Shown here: positions 45,028 to 54,918 of the stretch, one piece after another
How the letters are laid out: every line of letters starts with the position of its first letter
Position numbering within the stretch: position 1 is the stretch's first letter
NCBI GenBank assembly: GCA_025060195.1
Contig: JANXCQ010000003.1
Span: 722 to 64,721, forward strand
Length of the DNA stretch: 64,000 nt
Source of the DNA: Gemmatales bacterium
Lineage (GTDB): Bacteria; Planctomycetota; Planctomycetia; Gemmatales; HRBIN36
Direction: 5' to 3'
Notes under the pieces: model-generated
Databases searched by the model: none
What the model saw: the letters and a program-made list of their open reading frames with translations, nothing else
What the model was told of the DNA's origin: nothing
Program-made: the position numbers and the translations under genes

Positions 45028-46455
45028 ATGAAGCACGAGCCAGCCGCGATGACCCAGAATCCATACCGCCAACTTCCCGCAGTTCACGAAGTGCTCAGTT
45101 GGCCTGAAGTGCAAGCGCTGTTACGCGAGCACGTGGCCGATCTGGTCACGGAAGCGGTGCGTCAGGAAATAGCGGCGCTACGCGCGCGCATCCGTCAAGG
45201 CGAGGCACTACATTGGGATACAGAGAGGGCCGCCCTGGCTCTACGCATTCACCACCGTCTCCAGCAGGCCGACCGCCCTCTCCTGCGTCCCGTCATTAAC
45301 GCCACGGGCATCCTGCTGCATACCAACCTGGGTCGTGCGCCGTTAGCGGCCAGCGCAGTCGAAGCGGTCTGTGAGGCAGCTCGGGGTTACGTCAACCTCG
45401 AAATGGACCTGGTCACGGGCGAACGCTCCAGTCGACAAGACATCGTGCGGCACTGGCTCACGCGGTTGCTCCGAGCCGAATCGGCCACCGCCGTTAATAA
45501 CAATGCGGCGGCGACCGTACTGGTATTACGTGCCCTGGCTCAGGGACGTGAGGTCATCGTATCGCGCGGGGAATTAGTAGAAATCGGAGGCAGTTTCCGC
45601 TTGCCCGAAATCATGCAAGCCAGCGGCGCTAGCCTGCGGGAAGTCGGCACCACTAACATCACGCGCCTCCAGGATTACGCCCAGGCCATCACGCCGCAGA
45701 CTGCTTTGATCCTTCGAGTACATCGCAGTAATTTTGTGATTCGAGGACACACCCACAAACCCAGCTTGGCCGAACTGGCGCAGCTCGCGCACCAGCATGG
45801 ACTTTGGTTGATCGATGACATCGGCAGTGGGGCATTATTCGATTATTCCCGCTGGGGCTTTCGCGAGGAGCCTTCGCCTTTGGAGAGTTTGCAACTCGGC
45901 GCCGACCTTGTGTTGTTCAGTGGCGATAAGCTTCTGGGTGGCCCCCAAGCGGGGATCATTGCGGGTCGGCGGGAACTGGTGCAACGCATCGAGAGGGATC
46001 CGCTGATGCGCGCGTTGCGCCTGGACAAAATGACTCTCGCCGCGCTCGAAGCCACATTACGCTTGTACCTCGACCCAGAACGGGCGCTTCGGGAAGTACC
46101 TTTGTTACGTTTACTCAACCAATCTCTCGAGGAACTGCGCCGTCGGGCCAGGACCGTAGCCCATGACTTGCGTGCTGGCACTACCTTGCTTACCCACATC
46201 GAGGTTCGAGAAGACCGTGTGGCCGTGGGAGGCGGTTCCCTGCCGGAGCAAACGCTGCCGACGGTGGTCATCGCCCTGAAATCGGACCAGCTTAGCGATG
46301 CCCAACTGGCTCAACGACTACGCACCGCACAGCCCCCGGTCATTCCGCGCATTCAAGACGGTTTGGTCTTGCTCGACCTCCGCAGCGTTTTTCCCGAACA
46401 AGACGCGGCCTTGGTAAAGTCCGTATTATGCGCTTGCCGTTCGCCTTCTGATTGA
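45028..46455 (+). CDS. selA: L-seryl-tRNA(Sec) selenium transferase SelA
   Basis: ...VINATGILLHTNLGRAPL..., ...YVNLEMDLVTGERSSR..., ...NNNAAATVLVLRAL..., ...SGDKLLGGPQAGII.G... (PLP-lysine context). Confidence 0.88.
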   Translation: MKHEPAAMTQNPYRQLPAVHEVLSWPEVQALLREHVADLVTEAVRQEIAALRARIRQGEALHWDTERAALALRIHHRLQQADRPLLRPVINATGILLHTNLGRAPLAASAVEAVCEAARGYVNLEMDLVTGERSSRQDIVRHWLTRLLRAESATAVNNNAAATVLVLRALAQGREVIVSRGELVEIGGSFRLPEIMQASGASLREVGTTNITRLQDYAQAITPQTALILRVHRSNFVIRGHTHKPSLAELAQLAHQHGLWLIDDIGSGALFDYSRWGFREEPSPLESLQLGADLVLFSGDKLLGGPQAGIIAGRRELVQRIERDPLMRALRLDKMTLAALEATLRLYLDPERALREVPLLRLLNQSLEELRRRARTVAHDLRAGTTLLTHIEVREDRVAVGGGSLPEQTLPTVVIALKSDQLSDAQLAQRLRTAQPPVIPRIQDGLVLLDLRSVFPEQDAALVKSVLCACRSPSD

Positions 46456-46470
46456 TTGGTCTGCGTCCTC

Positions 46471-46503
46471 CTGCCCACTTCGGCCGCGGGGCAGTGTCTT
46501 CTT
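46471..46503 (+). terminator. Possible hairpin terminator after selA
   Basis: CTGCCC (46471-46476) pairs with GGGCAG (46489-46494) around a 12-nt loop, followed by TGTCTTCTT. The stem is weak and the T-tract imperfect. Confidence 0.25.
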
Positions 46504-46821
46504 ACGCAGTTGCCGCTCGCCTTTGGAGTGAGGACACTAAGCACGCCACAGTGGAAGGTCATACCATGGGGGGAAGGAAAAGTAGTTGAATACCGATGAT
46601 AGTTCATGGTTTCGTCGGACGATTTACGAACCGTCGTATTGTCCCAGGAATTAGTCCATACCATCTGCCGCTGATTCGGCATCGTCGCTCTAGTAACATT
46701 TTTCGCGAAAGTACGCGCCGAGCAACATAAACAGCTTTCGTCCATTAACAATTGCTACTATGACGATAAAATTCATAATGAAACGTAATATTTGCGACAA
46801 AGGCTTCAAGGTGAGCAAGTA

Positions 46822-47253
46822 ATGAGAATTTCGACGCGAGCGGAATATGCTTGCCTAGCCGCTTTAGAATTAGCCAATCGGTACGAGTCAGGCCATCCAG
46901 TTTCGCTCAAAGCGATTTCCGAGCTCCATGGGATTTCGAGCAGGTATTTGGTACAAATAATGGTACAGCTGCGAGCCGCGGGTTTGGTGCAAAGTGCACG
47001 CGGCTCTAGCGGCGGATTTCAGTTAGCCCGACCGCCCGAACAGATTAGCCTGCTGGAAATTTTCACAGCCATCGACGGGCCTTGGCCGGAAGAATACAAA
47101 TTGGCCGCTCCGTCCAAGACCCCAGCCGCCGAGGCACTTGCGTCTGTCCTTAGCTCTTTACTCGCACGCCAGCGCGACTTCTTAGACAGCATTTCCCTGG
47201 CAGAACTCGCCCAACATGCTCGCAAATCACCGGCGGACATGTATTTTATATGA
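46822..47253 (+). CDS. Rrf2-family transcriptional regulator
   Basis: From the ATG at 46822, MRISTRAEYACLAALELANRYESGHPVSLKAISELHGISSRYLVQIMVQLRAAGLVQSARGSSGGFQLARP is the canonical Rrf2 wHTH. The ORF-track start at 46792 is TTG. Confidence 0.85.
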   Translation: MRISTRAEYACLAALELANRYESGHPVSLKAISELHGISSRYLVQIMVQLRAAGLVQSARGSSGGFQLARPPEQISLLEIFTAIDGPWPEEYKLAAPSKTPAAEALASVLSSLLARQRDFLDSISLAELAQHARKSPADMYFI

Positions 47254-47361
47254 TCCGCATCCAACTCATTGAGTAGGCACAAGTTTTTTCGTTTATCCAG
47301 GCTTCCTAACATTCGACGCGATGGATTGAATTAGCTCGGCAGACTCAAGAAAGGAGTGCGT

Positions 47362-48567
47362 ATGAATGCGGCGCTGACGTCGCAAGACCATGCAGTAAAC
47401 TTTCCCATTCCGCCGCACGGTGGCCAATTGGTCAATCGCTTGGCCTGCGAAGAGGAGCGCACCGAATGGCTCGCGCGCTTGCCCGAGTTACCGCGAATTA
47501 CCGTGCGCCTGCGGGAGCGTTGTGACTTGGAAATGTTGGCTATCGGGGCATATAGCCCGCTAACGGGTTTTCTCACGCGTGCCGACTACGACCGCGTGGT
47601 AACGGAAATGCGACTGGCTAACGGTTTATTGTGGAGCATTCCCATCACGCTCGGGGTTGCGCGTTCCCAAGCGGATCAGTTGCGCGAGGGGCAAGCCATT
47701 GCCCTGTTCGATGAGCAGGGCGACCCGCTAGCCATTCTCCACCTCCAGGAGAAATTTATTCCTGACAAGCGCCGCGAAGCTCTGGAAGTTTATCGCACCG
47801 ACGACTTGGCTCATCCTGGCGTGGAGTACATCTACCAGCAGGGGGAAGTATTGCTGGGAGGGCCGATCACAGCACTGCAACGGCCGCGCCACGAACTTTA
47901 TCCTGAATGGCATCACACTCCCGCCCAACTGCGGACTATGTTCCGACAGCGTGGTTGGCGCCGAATCGTTGCTTTCCAGACCCGCAATCCAATCCATCGC
48001 GCTCACGAATATTTGACGAAATGTGCGCTGGAGGTGGTAGATGGCTTGCTGATTCATCCGCTCGTCGGGGAAACGAAAGGAGACGATGTCCCCGCGTCGA
48101 TCCGCGTGCGAAGTTACGTCGCCATTTTAGAGCGCTATTATCCGCGAGATCGGGTAATTCTGAGTTTGTGGGGCGCAAGCATGCGTTACGCTGGACCGCG
48201 GGAGGCCGTCCATCATGCTTTGGTGCGGAAAAACTACGGCTGCACTCATTTCATTGTCGGCCGGGATCATGCTGGTGTAGGTAAGTATTACGGCACGTAC
48301 GACGCTCAGCGCATTTTTGACGACATTCCGCCCCAGGACCTCGGCATCACGCCGTTATTCTTTGAGCACACCTTTTACTGTCGCAACTGTGGCATGGCGT
48401 CGTACAAAACTTGTCCTTGCCCGCCGGAGAACCATCTGATGCTGAGTGGCACTCAGGTGCGAGCGATGTTAGCACGCGGCGAGTGCCCACCGCCCGAATA
48501 CACCCGCGCCGAAGTGGCGCAAATTCTCATCGAGGGCTATCGCCAGATGCTCCAAGGGGCGGCTTGA
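47362..48567 (+). CDS. sat: Sulfate adenylyltransferase (ATP sulfurylase)
   Basis: ...VAFQTRNPIHRAHEYL..., ...LIHPLVGETKGDD..., ...HFIVGRDHAGVG.YYG.YDAQ.... The ATG at 47362 lies 5 nt after AAGGAG (47351-47356). Confidence 0.88.
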   Translation: MNAALTSQDHAVNFPIPPHGGQLVNRLACEEERTEWLARLPELPRITVRLRERCDLEMLAIGAYSPLTGFLTRADYDRVVTEMRLANGLLWSIPITLGVARSQADQLREGQAIALFDEQGDPLAILHLQEKFIPDKRREALEVYRTDDLAHPGVEYIYQQGEVLLGGPITALQRPRHELYPEWHHTPAQLRTMFRQRGWRRIVAFQTRNPIHRAHEYLTKCALEVVDGLLIHPLVGETKGDDVPASIRVRSYVAILERYYPRDRVILSLWGASMRYAGPREAVHHALVRKNYGCTHFIVGRDHAGVGKYYGTYDAQRIFDDIPPQDLGITPLFFEHTFYCRNCGMASYKTCPCPPENHLMLSGTQVRAMLARGECPPPEYTRAEVAQILIEGYRQMLQGAA

Positions 48568-48570
48568 CAA

Positions 48571-48587
48571 CAGGCGAAAATCGCCTG
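48571..48587. terminator. Perfect 6-bp hairpin between the convergent sat and aminotransferase genes
   Basis: CAGGCG AAAAT CGCCTG. It has no flanking U-tract, so its function is uncertain. Confidence 0.25.
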
Positions 48588-48661
48588 GCACGATTAGTCA
48601 TGACCACCGAGCTGCGCGCCGCGTACGTGCTCCTGATGAGCCGAAGCAATGGTCGGCGTTT

Positions 48662-49510
48662 TCACAAAGCGTCCACCAGTTGCCGATAAGCGCGTTGCAG
48701 ACTCCGCGTGATGGGCCCCGGCTGCCCGTTGCCGATGACTTGATTATCCACCTGAACGATGGGTAGAATCTCCGAAGTGGTGCCCGTGAGAAAGAGTTCG
48801 GTCACGTGAGGCAGGTCGGCTACCCGGAAAACGCGCTCTTCGACCGCCACGCCTTGTTGGCGGGCCAAGCGCAGCACGAGTGCACGGGTAATGCCGGGCA
48901 GGATGTTTGGCGCTGCTGGCGCGGTGAGGAGTTTTCCCCCCAGCACGGCAAAACAGCTCGTTCGCGACCCCTCCAGCAACGTGCCGTCCGGCAGATAAAG
49001 CAAGGCTTCATAGGCGCCTGCCTCGCGGGCCGCTTGTGCCGCTAGCACATTGGGCAAGAGATTGGTGCTCTTTATGTCGCAGCGCTGCCAACGCCAGTCG
49101 GGATGCGTAATCACGCGCACGCCATGCTCACGCTGCGCTTCGAGGTGATCGTGAAATTCCTCGACATAAAAAAACTCCAGCGGCACGGGATGCTCAGGAA
49201 ACACATGATGGCGGGACACGTCGCTGCCGCGAGTGATTTGGATGTAAACAATCGCCTCCTGAAATCCGTGCTCACGAATCACTCGTAGCACGCGCTGTCG
49301 CAGGCCATCGAAGTCCGTATAGGGCAGACGTATTGCGTCCAGACTGCGACGCAAGCGCGCTAAATGCTCCTCAAATAGGAAGGGCTTACCACGGTAGACG
49401 CGAATTACCTCGTAGACGGCATCGCCAAACAGAAAGCCGCGATCCAGCGCTGGTACCCGCGCTTCCGCTAAAGGCAAGCATTCTCCGTTGATGGAAGCAA
49501 TCGCTCGCAT
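48662..49510 (-). CDS. Class IV (D-amino-acid/branched-chain) aminotransferase
   Basis: ...LDRGFLFGDAVYEVIRVY.GKPF.FEEHL.RL..S..., ...IKSTNLLPNVLA.Q.A.E.GA.EAL..., ...LPGITR.... Confidence 0.82.
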   Translation of the reverse strand: MRAIASINGECLPLAEARVPALDRGFLFGDAVYEVIRVYRGKPFLFEEHLARLRRSLDAIRLPYTDFDGLRQRVLRVIREHGFQEAIVYIQITRGSDVSRHHVFPEHPVPLEFFYVEEFHDHLEAQREHGVRVITHPDWRWQRCDIKSTNLLPNVLAAQAAREAGAYEALLYLPDGTLLEGSRTSCFAVLGGKLLTAPAAPNILPGITRALVLRLARQQGVAVEERVFRVADLPHVTELFLTGTTSEILPIVQVDNQVIGNGQPGPITRSLQRAYRQLVDAL

Positions 49511-49513
49511 GGC

Positions 49514-50542
49514 TTGTGTGATTATACGATGATTAGCGAAGGCAAGTATAAGACCGATGAGGCAACGAGTATGTCCGAGAAGGAGAGCAAATTAGGGCCG
49601 TCTGCACCGATCACTAGCGTACAACCTGGAGGCGGTTGGTGCATGGCTCTGGAACTGGCCTGGGCTCGCTGGCGCCGGACCTGGTTGCGGTGGTTCCGAC
49701 CCGGCTACGTCGCACGCATGCAGGACCGCCGCCTCGGTGCCTGTCCTAACTGTTGCCATGATGTAGTAGATGCCCGCGATTTGAAGTATTTTCGCAACGT
49801 CTGTGGTTTTCGTTTCGGGGAAGAAGACCGCTATACCCGTCCCGACCGATTCGGCCTAGCTCCCTTGGGACATGCGGAAGTGCTGGTGAGCGCGTTGCTG
49901 GGCAGTAGTGTCATCGCCCTGACAGTGGTCGGCTGGTATTTCTGGAATTGGCCGACCTGGCTCAGCCTGAGCATCGCAGCAGTAGCGTTCCTGGCGGCTA
50001 TGCAGGCGGTGTTTTTTTTCCGCGACCCGGAGCGCCAAATTCCTCAGCAGCCCGGAATCTTGGTTAGTCCCGCAGATGGCTTGGTGACCCACATGGACGT
50101 GGTACCCTGTGCGGATTTTCCCGAAGGTCGAGCCTTGCGCCTCAGCATTTTCCTTTCGGTTTTTGATGTACACGTGAATCGTGCTCCCTGCGGGGGTCGA
50201 GTGATTGCGCGGCATTACTTCCCAGGTCGCTTTGGCAACGCGCTACGGGAAAGCGTGGCCGAGGGAAATGAGCAGTTTTGGACGGACTTGGAAGAATCGG
50301 AGACCGGGCAACGCATACGGATCAAGCAAATCGCTGGGGCCATCGCGCGGCGGATTGTGAATTGGTTGCGCGAGTGGGAGACCGTCGCCCGCGGACAGCG
50401 GATCGGTCTGATTAAGTTTGGTTCCCGCACCGACCTGTTAGTGCCGCTGGACGGCGGTTGGGAGCCTTGCGTCGAACCTGGGCAACGCGTTTACGGAGGC
50501 ACGACGATCGTGTTTCGGCGCAGCGCTTCGAACTCGACGTGA
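49514..50542 (+). CDS. psd: Phosphatidylserine decarboxylase-family protein with an N-terminal Cys-rich/TM extension
   Basis: The C-terminal half reads ...FFFRDPER...SPADG.V.......LSIFLSVFDVHVNRAPCGG...IKFGSRTDLLVP. The N-terminal extension contains GACPNCCHDVV...NVCGFRFG and two TM segments. The start codon is uncertain. Confidence 0.7.
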   Translation: MCDYTMISEGKYKTDEATSMSEKESKLGPSAPITSVQPGGGWCMALELAWARWRRTWLRWFRPGYVARMQDRRLGACPNCCHDVVDARDLKYFRNVCGFRFGEEDRYTRPDRFGLAPLGHAEVLVSALLGSSVIALTVVGWYFWNWPTWLSLSIAAVAFLAAMQAVFFFRDPERQIPQQPGILVSPADGLVTHMDVVPCADFPEGRALRLSIFLSVFDVHVNRAPCGGRVIARHYFPGRFGNALRESVAEGNEQFWTDLEESETGQRIRIKQIAGAIARRIVNWLREWETVARGQRIGLIKFGSRTDLLVPLDGGWEPCVEPGQRVYGGTTIVFRRSASNST

Positions 50543-50774
50543 AGGAAGTGGAACTACAATCGGCCTTGCGATTTTATCGGCGCGAAGGTTTAGTAGCGCT
50601 CGGAAAACCCTATCCCATGATTGGTAGAAGCCGCCAATGCCGACGCGGCCGTGCCGAGCAACTCTGGCCTCGAAAGGTGCGTCGCCGCTGGGCCCGACCC
50701 CATGCAGCTAAGTGCCTCCCTTCGCTGCGCAAGGCGGAGGAGCTTACGCGTTGAACTGAGGGGAAGGCTAAACA

Positions 50775-53700
50775 ATGGGACGCAAGCTACTCTTCCGCGG
50801 CTTATTAGTGGCAGCGCTGGCCGCACTAGGATGGCTAGCATGGACAATTTGGTCATGGACTGACCCGGATAAACTGCGGCGGGAAGTCTTGGCCTTGCTC
50901 ATGACACGCTTTCCCGACGCGGAAGTTCGTGTCGCACGGGTTCAACTCGATGGCTTGGACAGCGTGTTGCTGGAACGAGTAGAGTTGCACCCGCGGGGCG
51001 AATCTCCCGGGACCACGCCATTAGAAATTGGCCGCAGCTCCGTACGTCTGGATCGCTTAGCGCTGGCGCGTGGAGCGATCTTACCCGCAGAGATTGTTCT
51101 CGAGCAGTGCACCCTCCATGTGCGTCGACGACGGGACGGCTCATGGCAATATCCGCCACTCACATTGCAGGTAGACCCAGCAGGCGTCGGTTTGGCCTTA
51201 GTACGAATAGCGCAGGCCAAGGTGATTTTTGAGGATGAGATTCTCGATGAACGAGTCGTTTGGGAAATCGAACGGGCGGAGGCATCGCGCCCGTTTGGCG
51301 CCGATTGGCATTTTCAAGCGCGGGGCCTGCTCGACTGGGGCGGCCGATTGTCCGTGACGGGCCAGTGGCGACCGAATCGTTTGCCACAACAAGACCACGC
51401 CACGCCCGCGCTCGCCCTAAGTTGGCAGCTCGCCGACGTCCCTTTGCAGCCCGGGGGACTAGCTCGATTGACACGTTGGACTGGGCTTGGAGTACTGTCG
51501 GATGTTCAAGCCTCGGGATGGTTGTCTTTGAAGGGCCATTGGCAAACAGGCGCCGCGTTGTGGGACCAACCTATAGAAATCGAGTTGCGCGATGTGTGTG
51601 TCAATCACCGCAAGCTACCAGAGGCAATTTTTGGATTATCCGGACGATTCCGTTACGACAAGGGCCAGCTCTTGTGGCAGGACGTTCAAGGAAAGTGGCT
51701 AGGCGCGGCGTTGACGTGCCGGGGCCTTTGGCCGACAAGCAACAGCCTCGACGATGCAGAACTGGAAGTGTCGTTGCAATCGGTGTCGGTAAATTCGGCA
51801 CTCTACGACAAGCTGCCCGCCTCCTTGGCAAAACTCTGTCGCGAATTTGCCGCTGAAGGCCTCGCCCACCTGCATCTGCGTTGGAAGCGGATCCAGGGAC
51901 ATCCTCACGTGCACCTGACCGCACGAGTGCAAAACCTCAGTATGGCCTTTGAAGACTTTCCCTATCCCATTAGGCGAGTAAGCGGGCAGTTGGAATATCG
52001 CGATGTTCCGCACGAGCCCCCCTTGCTCCAAGTCCGACTTACAGGCTGGGCGCAGGAAAGTAAAGTGCAATTGGAAGGCGAGGCCTTCGGTCCCGGACTC
52101 AAGCTGGGAAATCCCTGGCGCTGCGGTTTACGGTTGGATTTGGAGAGCGAGAGCGTGCCCATCGACGAAATGCTGCTGCAAGCGTTGCCCGGACGCACTC
52201 AGCTGGTCGTGCGGGAGTTTCGTCCTCGCGGCCGGGTTCGAGTGCGTGCCCAGATTCGCCGCGCCGCGGGCAGCGCGGAGCAACCCCACCCTCCCACCTT
52301 CACGCACATCCAAGCACATATTGAACAGGGCCAGATCTGCTATAAGCGCCTGCCGTACCCATTACAACAAGTGCAAGGCATCGTGGAAGTGGATTTACCT
52401 GCAGAAACCTGGCGCGCTGTGGGTTTTAGTGGTCGCTACCAGGATGGATTGTTTTTTGCCCACGCCCAAGGCGAGCCGACACCACGCGGGGAAAAAGTTT
52501 CCCTGACGTTGCAGGGGCAACGGGTATTGCTGAATGAGGAACTCCGGCAAGCTTTGCCTGCTCCCGTCCGAACTCTTTGGGACGAACTGCGTCCCACCGG
52601 GCGTGTGGATTTTTCGGCCAAACTGGAATGGGTCGGGGAACAAGCGCCTCAGGTGGATGTCACTGTGGCAGCCAGGGGCCAGTGTGCCGTGCAACCCCGC
52701 TTCTTTCCTTATCGCCTCGAAGAACTCACTGGAACCGTACGTTACACGCCGGCACAGGCAGTTTTCACGGTCCTGCGCGCGCGGCACGGGCCCAGCCAGA
52801 TTTTCATCGGACGCGATCAAATCGGCGGACTATTGCGTCTGCGCGACGACGGGAGTTGGCAATTAGAACTATACCAAATCCGTGGCGATCCGCTGCATGT
52901 AGATAAGGACTTGCTCGCGGCGTTGCCCGAGGGCGTGCGGAGTGTCTTAGAGACGCTGCGCCCTGACCAGCCGATCCGCGTGGTCTTCGACCTGTACGCC
53001 GACAGCGCCCGGGGCCAACAGGTGCAAAGCCTGCGCTGGAGCGGCCACGCTAGTTTTGCCCGATGTACCTGGCACTGTGGTATCCCCTTGCGGGAAGCGA
53101 CGGGATACGTGGCGCTGCAAGGAACGTGGCAACCAGGACGCCTCAAAGCGCTGGGACAGGTACAGCTTCAGGAAGTGAACGTGTTAGGTTTGCCCCTGCG
53201 GGAAGTCGCCTCCGCAATGCAAATTCGCGAGGATAGCGTGTACTTTCCCGGGATTCGCGGCAAGTTATTCGGGGGACAAATCTTCGGCCCGCTCCGCTAC
53301 GACTTCGCCCCGCGGCGTGAGTTCCGCCTCGACTTGACCGTGGCGCAAGTGGACCTGCAAGCCCTGGCGCGACAGAGCTTAGGTCGTCATGGTCAAGCAC
53401 AGGGTAAAGTGCAAGGGCGCATCATTGTTAGTGGCCAGCCCGGAGATTGGCGCACCCTGACTGGGCGGGGCAGCCTAAGCATCACCGACGGCCACATCTA
53501 CGACCTGCCTCCGTTTCTCAATTTACTCAACCTGTTAGCGGGCCAGTTACCGAACGATGCAGTATTTCACGAAGTGCAAACCCGTTTCACTTTGGAAGGC
53601 CAACGGGTTCACTTCAGCCGCATTGAGTTTCTCGGAAACGCTCTGACCTTACGGGGGCAAGGCTCGATGCGCGTGGATGGCCAAGAACTGGACTTAGAAA

Positions 53701-53915
53701 TGTATGCCCTGCTGTGGGGACGGAGTTTACCCTTGCTGCCGCCGGGAATCGACCGCATCCCTCCATTGATTAGCCGACAGTTGTGGAAGATTTACATGCG
53801 GGGCAGCCTGGACCAAGTGGTCATCACACGCGAGCCAGTGCCCTTAGTCGGTGAAACCTTGCGGTTACTTTGGCAACTCGGCCCCGGGCGTCTGCAAGAG
53901 GAGAATTTCGATTAA
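50775..53915 (+). CDS. Large (1046 aa) N-terminally anchored AsmA/TamB-like envelope protein
   Basis: The N-terminal TM is LLFRGLLVAALAALGWLAWTIW. A long beta-rich sequence follows with a repetitive V.L.G.... pattern and no enzymatic motifs. The family call is tentative. Confidence 0.45.
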   Translation: MGRKLLFRGLLVAALAALGWLAWTIWSWTDPDKLRREVLALLMTRFPDAEVRVARVQLDGLDSVLLERVELHPRGESPGTTPLEIGRSSVRLDRLALARGAILPAEIVLEQCTLHVRRRRDGSWQYPPLTLQVDPAGVGLALVRIAQAKVIFEDEILDERVVWEIERAEASRPFGADWHFQARGLLDWGGRLSVTGQWRPNRLPQQDHATPALALSWQLADVPLQPGGLARLTRWTGLGVLSDVQASGWLSLKGHWQTGAALWDQPIEIELRDVCVNHRKLPEAIFGLSGRFRYDKGQLLWQDVQGKWLGAALTCRGLWPTSNSLDDAELEVSLQSVSVNSALYDKLPASLAKLCREFAAEGLAHLHLRWKRIQGHPHVHLTARVQNLSMAFEDFPYPIRRVSGQLEYRDVPHEPPLLQVRLTGWAQESKVQLEGEAFGPGLKLGNPWRCGLRLDLESESVPIDEMLLQALPGRTQLVVREFRPRGRVRVRAQIRRAAGSAEQPHPPTFTHIQAHIEQGQICYKRLPYPLQQVQGIVEVDLPAETWRAVGFSGRYQDGLFFAHAQGEPTPRGEKVSLTLQGQRVLLNEELRQALPAPVRTLWDELRPTGRVDFSAKLEWVGEQAPQVDVTVAARGQCAVQPRFFPYRLEELTGTVRYTPAQAVFTVLRARHGPSQIFIGRDQIGGLLRLRDDGSWQLELYQIRGDPLHVDKDLLAALPEGVRSVLETLRPDQPIRVVFDLYADSARGQQVQSLRWSGHASFARCTWHCGIPLREATGYVALQGTWQPGRLKALGQVQLQEVNVLGLPLREVASAMQIREDSVYFPGIRGKLFGGQIFGPLRYDFAPRREFRLDLTVAQVDLQALARQSLGRHGQAQGKVQGRIIVSGQPGDWRTLTGRGSLSITDGHIYDLPPFLNLLNLLAGQLPNDAVFHEVQTRFTLEGQRVHFSRIEFLGNALTLRGQGSMRVDGQELDLEMYALLWGRSLPLLPPGIDRIPPLISRQLWKIYMRGSLDQVVITREPVPLVGETLRLLWQLGPGRLQEENFD

Positions 53916-53924
53916 TGCGGTAGC

Positions 53925-54356
53925 TCACGAGCGAGGCACCACGGAAAGGATTTCGATCTCCAGATGGAGGGTCTGCTCGGCTAGAGGATGATTTGCGTCC
54001 AAAATGGCGACGTTACCGGTGATCTCTTTTACCCAGAAGCGTATGCGCTGATTGCCCATCTGCGCGCTGAGGCGGTCGCCCACTTGTACCCCTTCGGGTA
54101 AGTCGGCCAGCGGGACTTCCCATTCCAACTGTGGATCGCGGTAACCATAGGCCTTCTCGGGTGGTATCGTGATGAAGCGCCGTTCGCCTTCTTCCATGCC
54201 AATCACCGCCTCCGACAGACCCTCTATCACCTCGTCGCTGCCGGCAGTAAATTCCAGCGGCTCACTGCCGATGGACGTGCTGAACACCATTCCATTGGCC
54301 AGCCGACCGGTGTAATGAATCTTGACCAAGTCGCCGGCGTGAATTTTCCCGGCCAT
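53925..54356 (-). CDS. FKBP-type peptidyl-prolyl isomerase (SlyD-like)
   Basis: From the ATG at 54356 (GAGGAG 7 nt upstream): MAGKIHAGDLVKIHYTGRLANGMVFSTS...PLEFTAGSDEVIEGLSEAVIGMEEGE...IPPEKAYG. Confidence 0.82.
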   Translation of the reverse strand: MAGKIHAGDLVKIHYTGRLANGMVFSTSIGSEPLEFTAGSDEVIEGLSEAVIGMEEGERRFITIPPEKAYGYRDPQLEWEVPLADLPEGVQVGDRLSAQMGNQRIRFWVKEITGNVAILDANHPLAEQTLHLEIEILSVVPRS

Positions 54357-54918
54357 CACGATTCTCCTCATATGCCCCCTGGGCGTCAGTCTCGGCGCCA
54401 GGGCAGGCGTTCCCCGGCTGACACACTCTTAGGAAACGGCAACCCAGCCGGCAGCGGCTCACCGTTTCTGCTTCGAGCCGACTTGCGCTCACAACACAGC
54501 GACGACGCTCTTTCGGTTCCTCACAGGACAAACCGCATCGTTCGTGACGCTCACTTCCTTCGGCTGATGCGGCACAGCCTGATTGGCGGCAACCGCTAGC
54601 TCGTTCTCTCTGTGCAAGAGCGCGGAGTTGACTCTGAGGTAGTGTAACCTTGCGGAACGATTGCGGCAAGTAGGCATACCTCTGTCAGCTACGCGCACGG
54701 TTGTCATGTACACACATTTTCTTTCGCGAGTCGGTTGTGCGCGGTTCTGATTACTGCTAAGCCATGTCGTGCCGGCAACCCTGGCCACTCGCGAGACCCG
54801 ACGACATTTCCAGCAACTTTTCTTCTTCGTAGATATAAGCCCGAATCCCAACCAACAAGTAAAAAACGATTCAATTAGGCCCGAGATTTTGGGCCCGATA
54901 CGGACGGAGCACTAAAGC

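Noticed and set aside
50458-50754. A 98-aa ORF lies between psd and the AsmA/TamB-like gene.
   Set aside because: It overlaps the psd 3' end, is Arg-rich, has no motifs, and is more plausibly intergenic.
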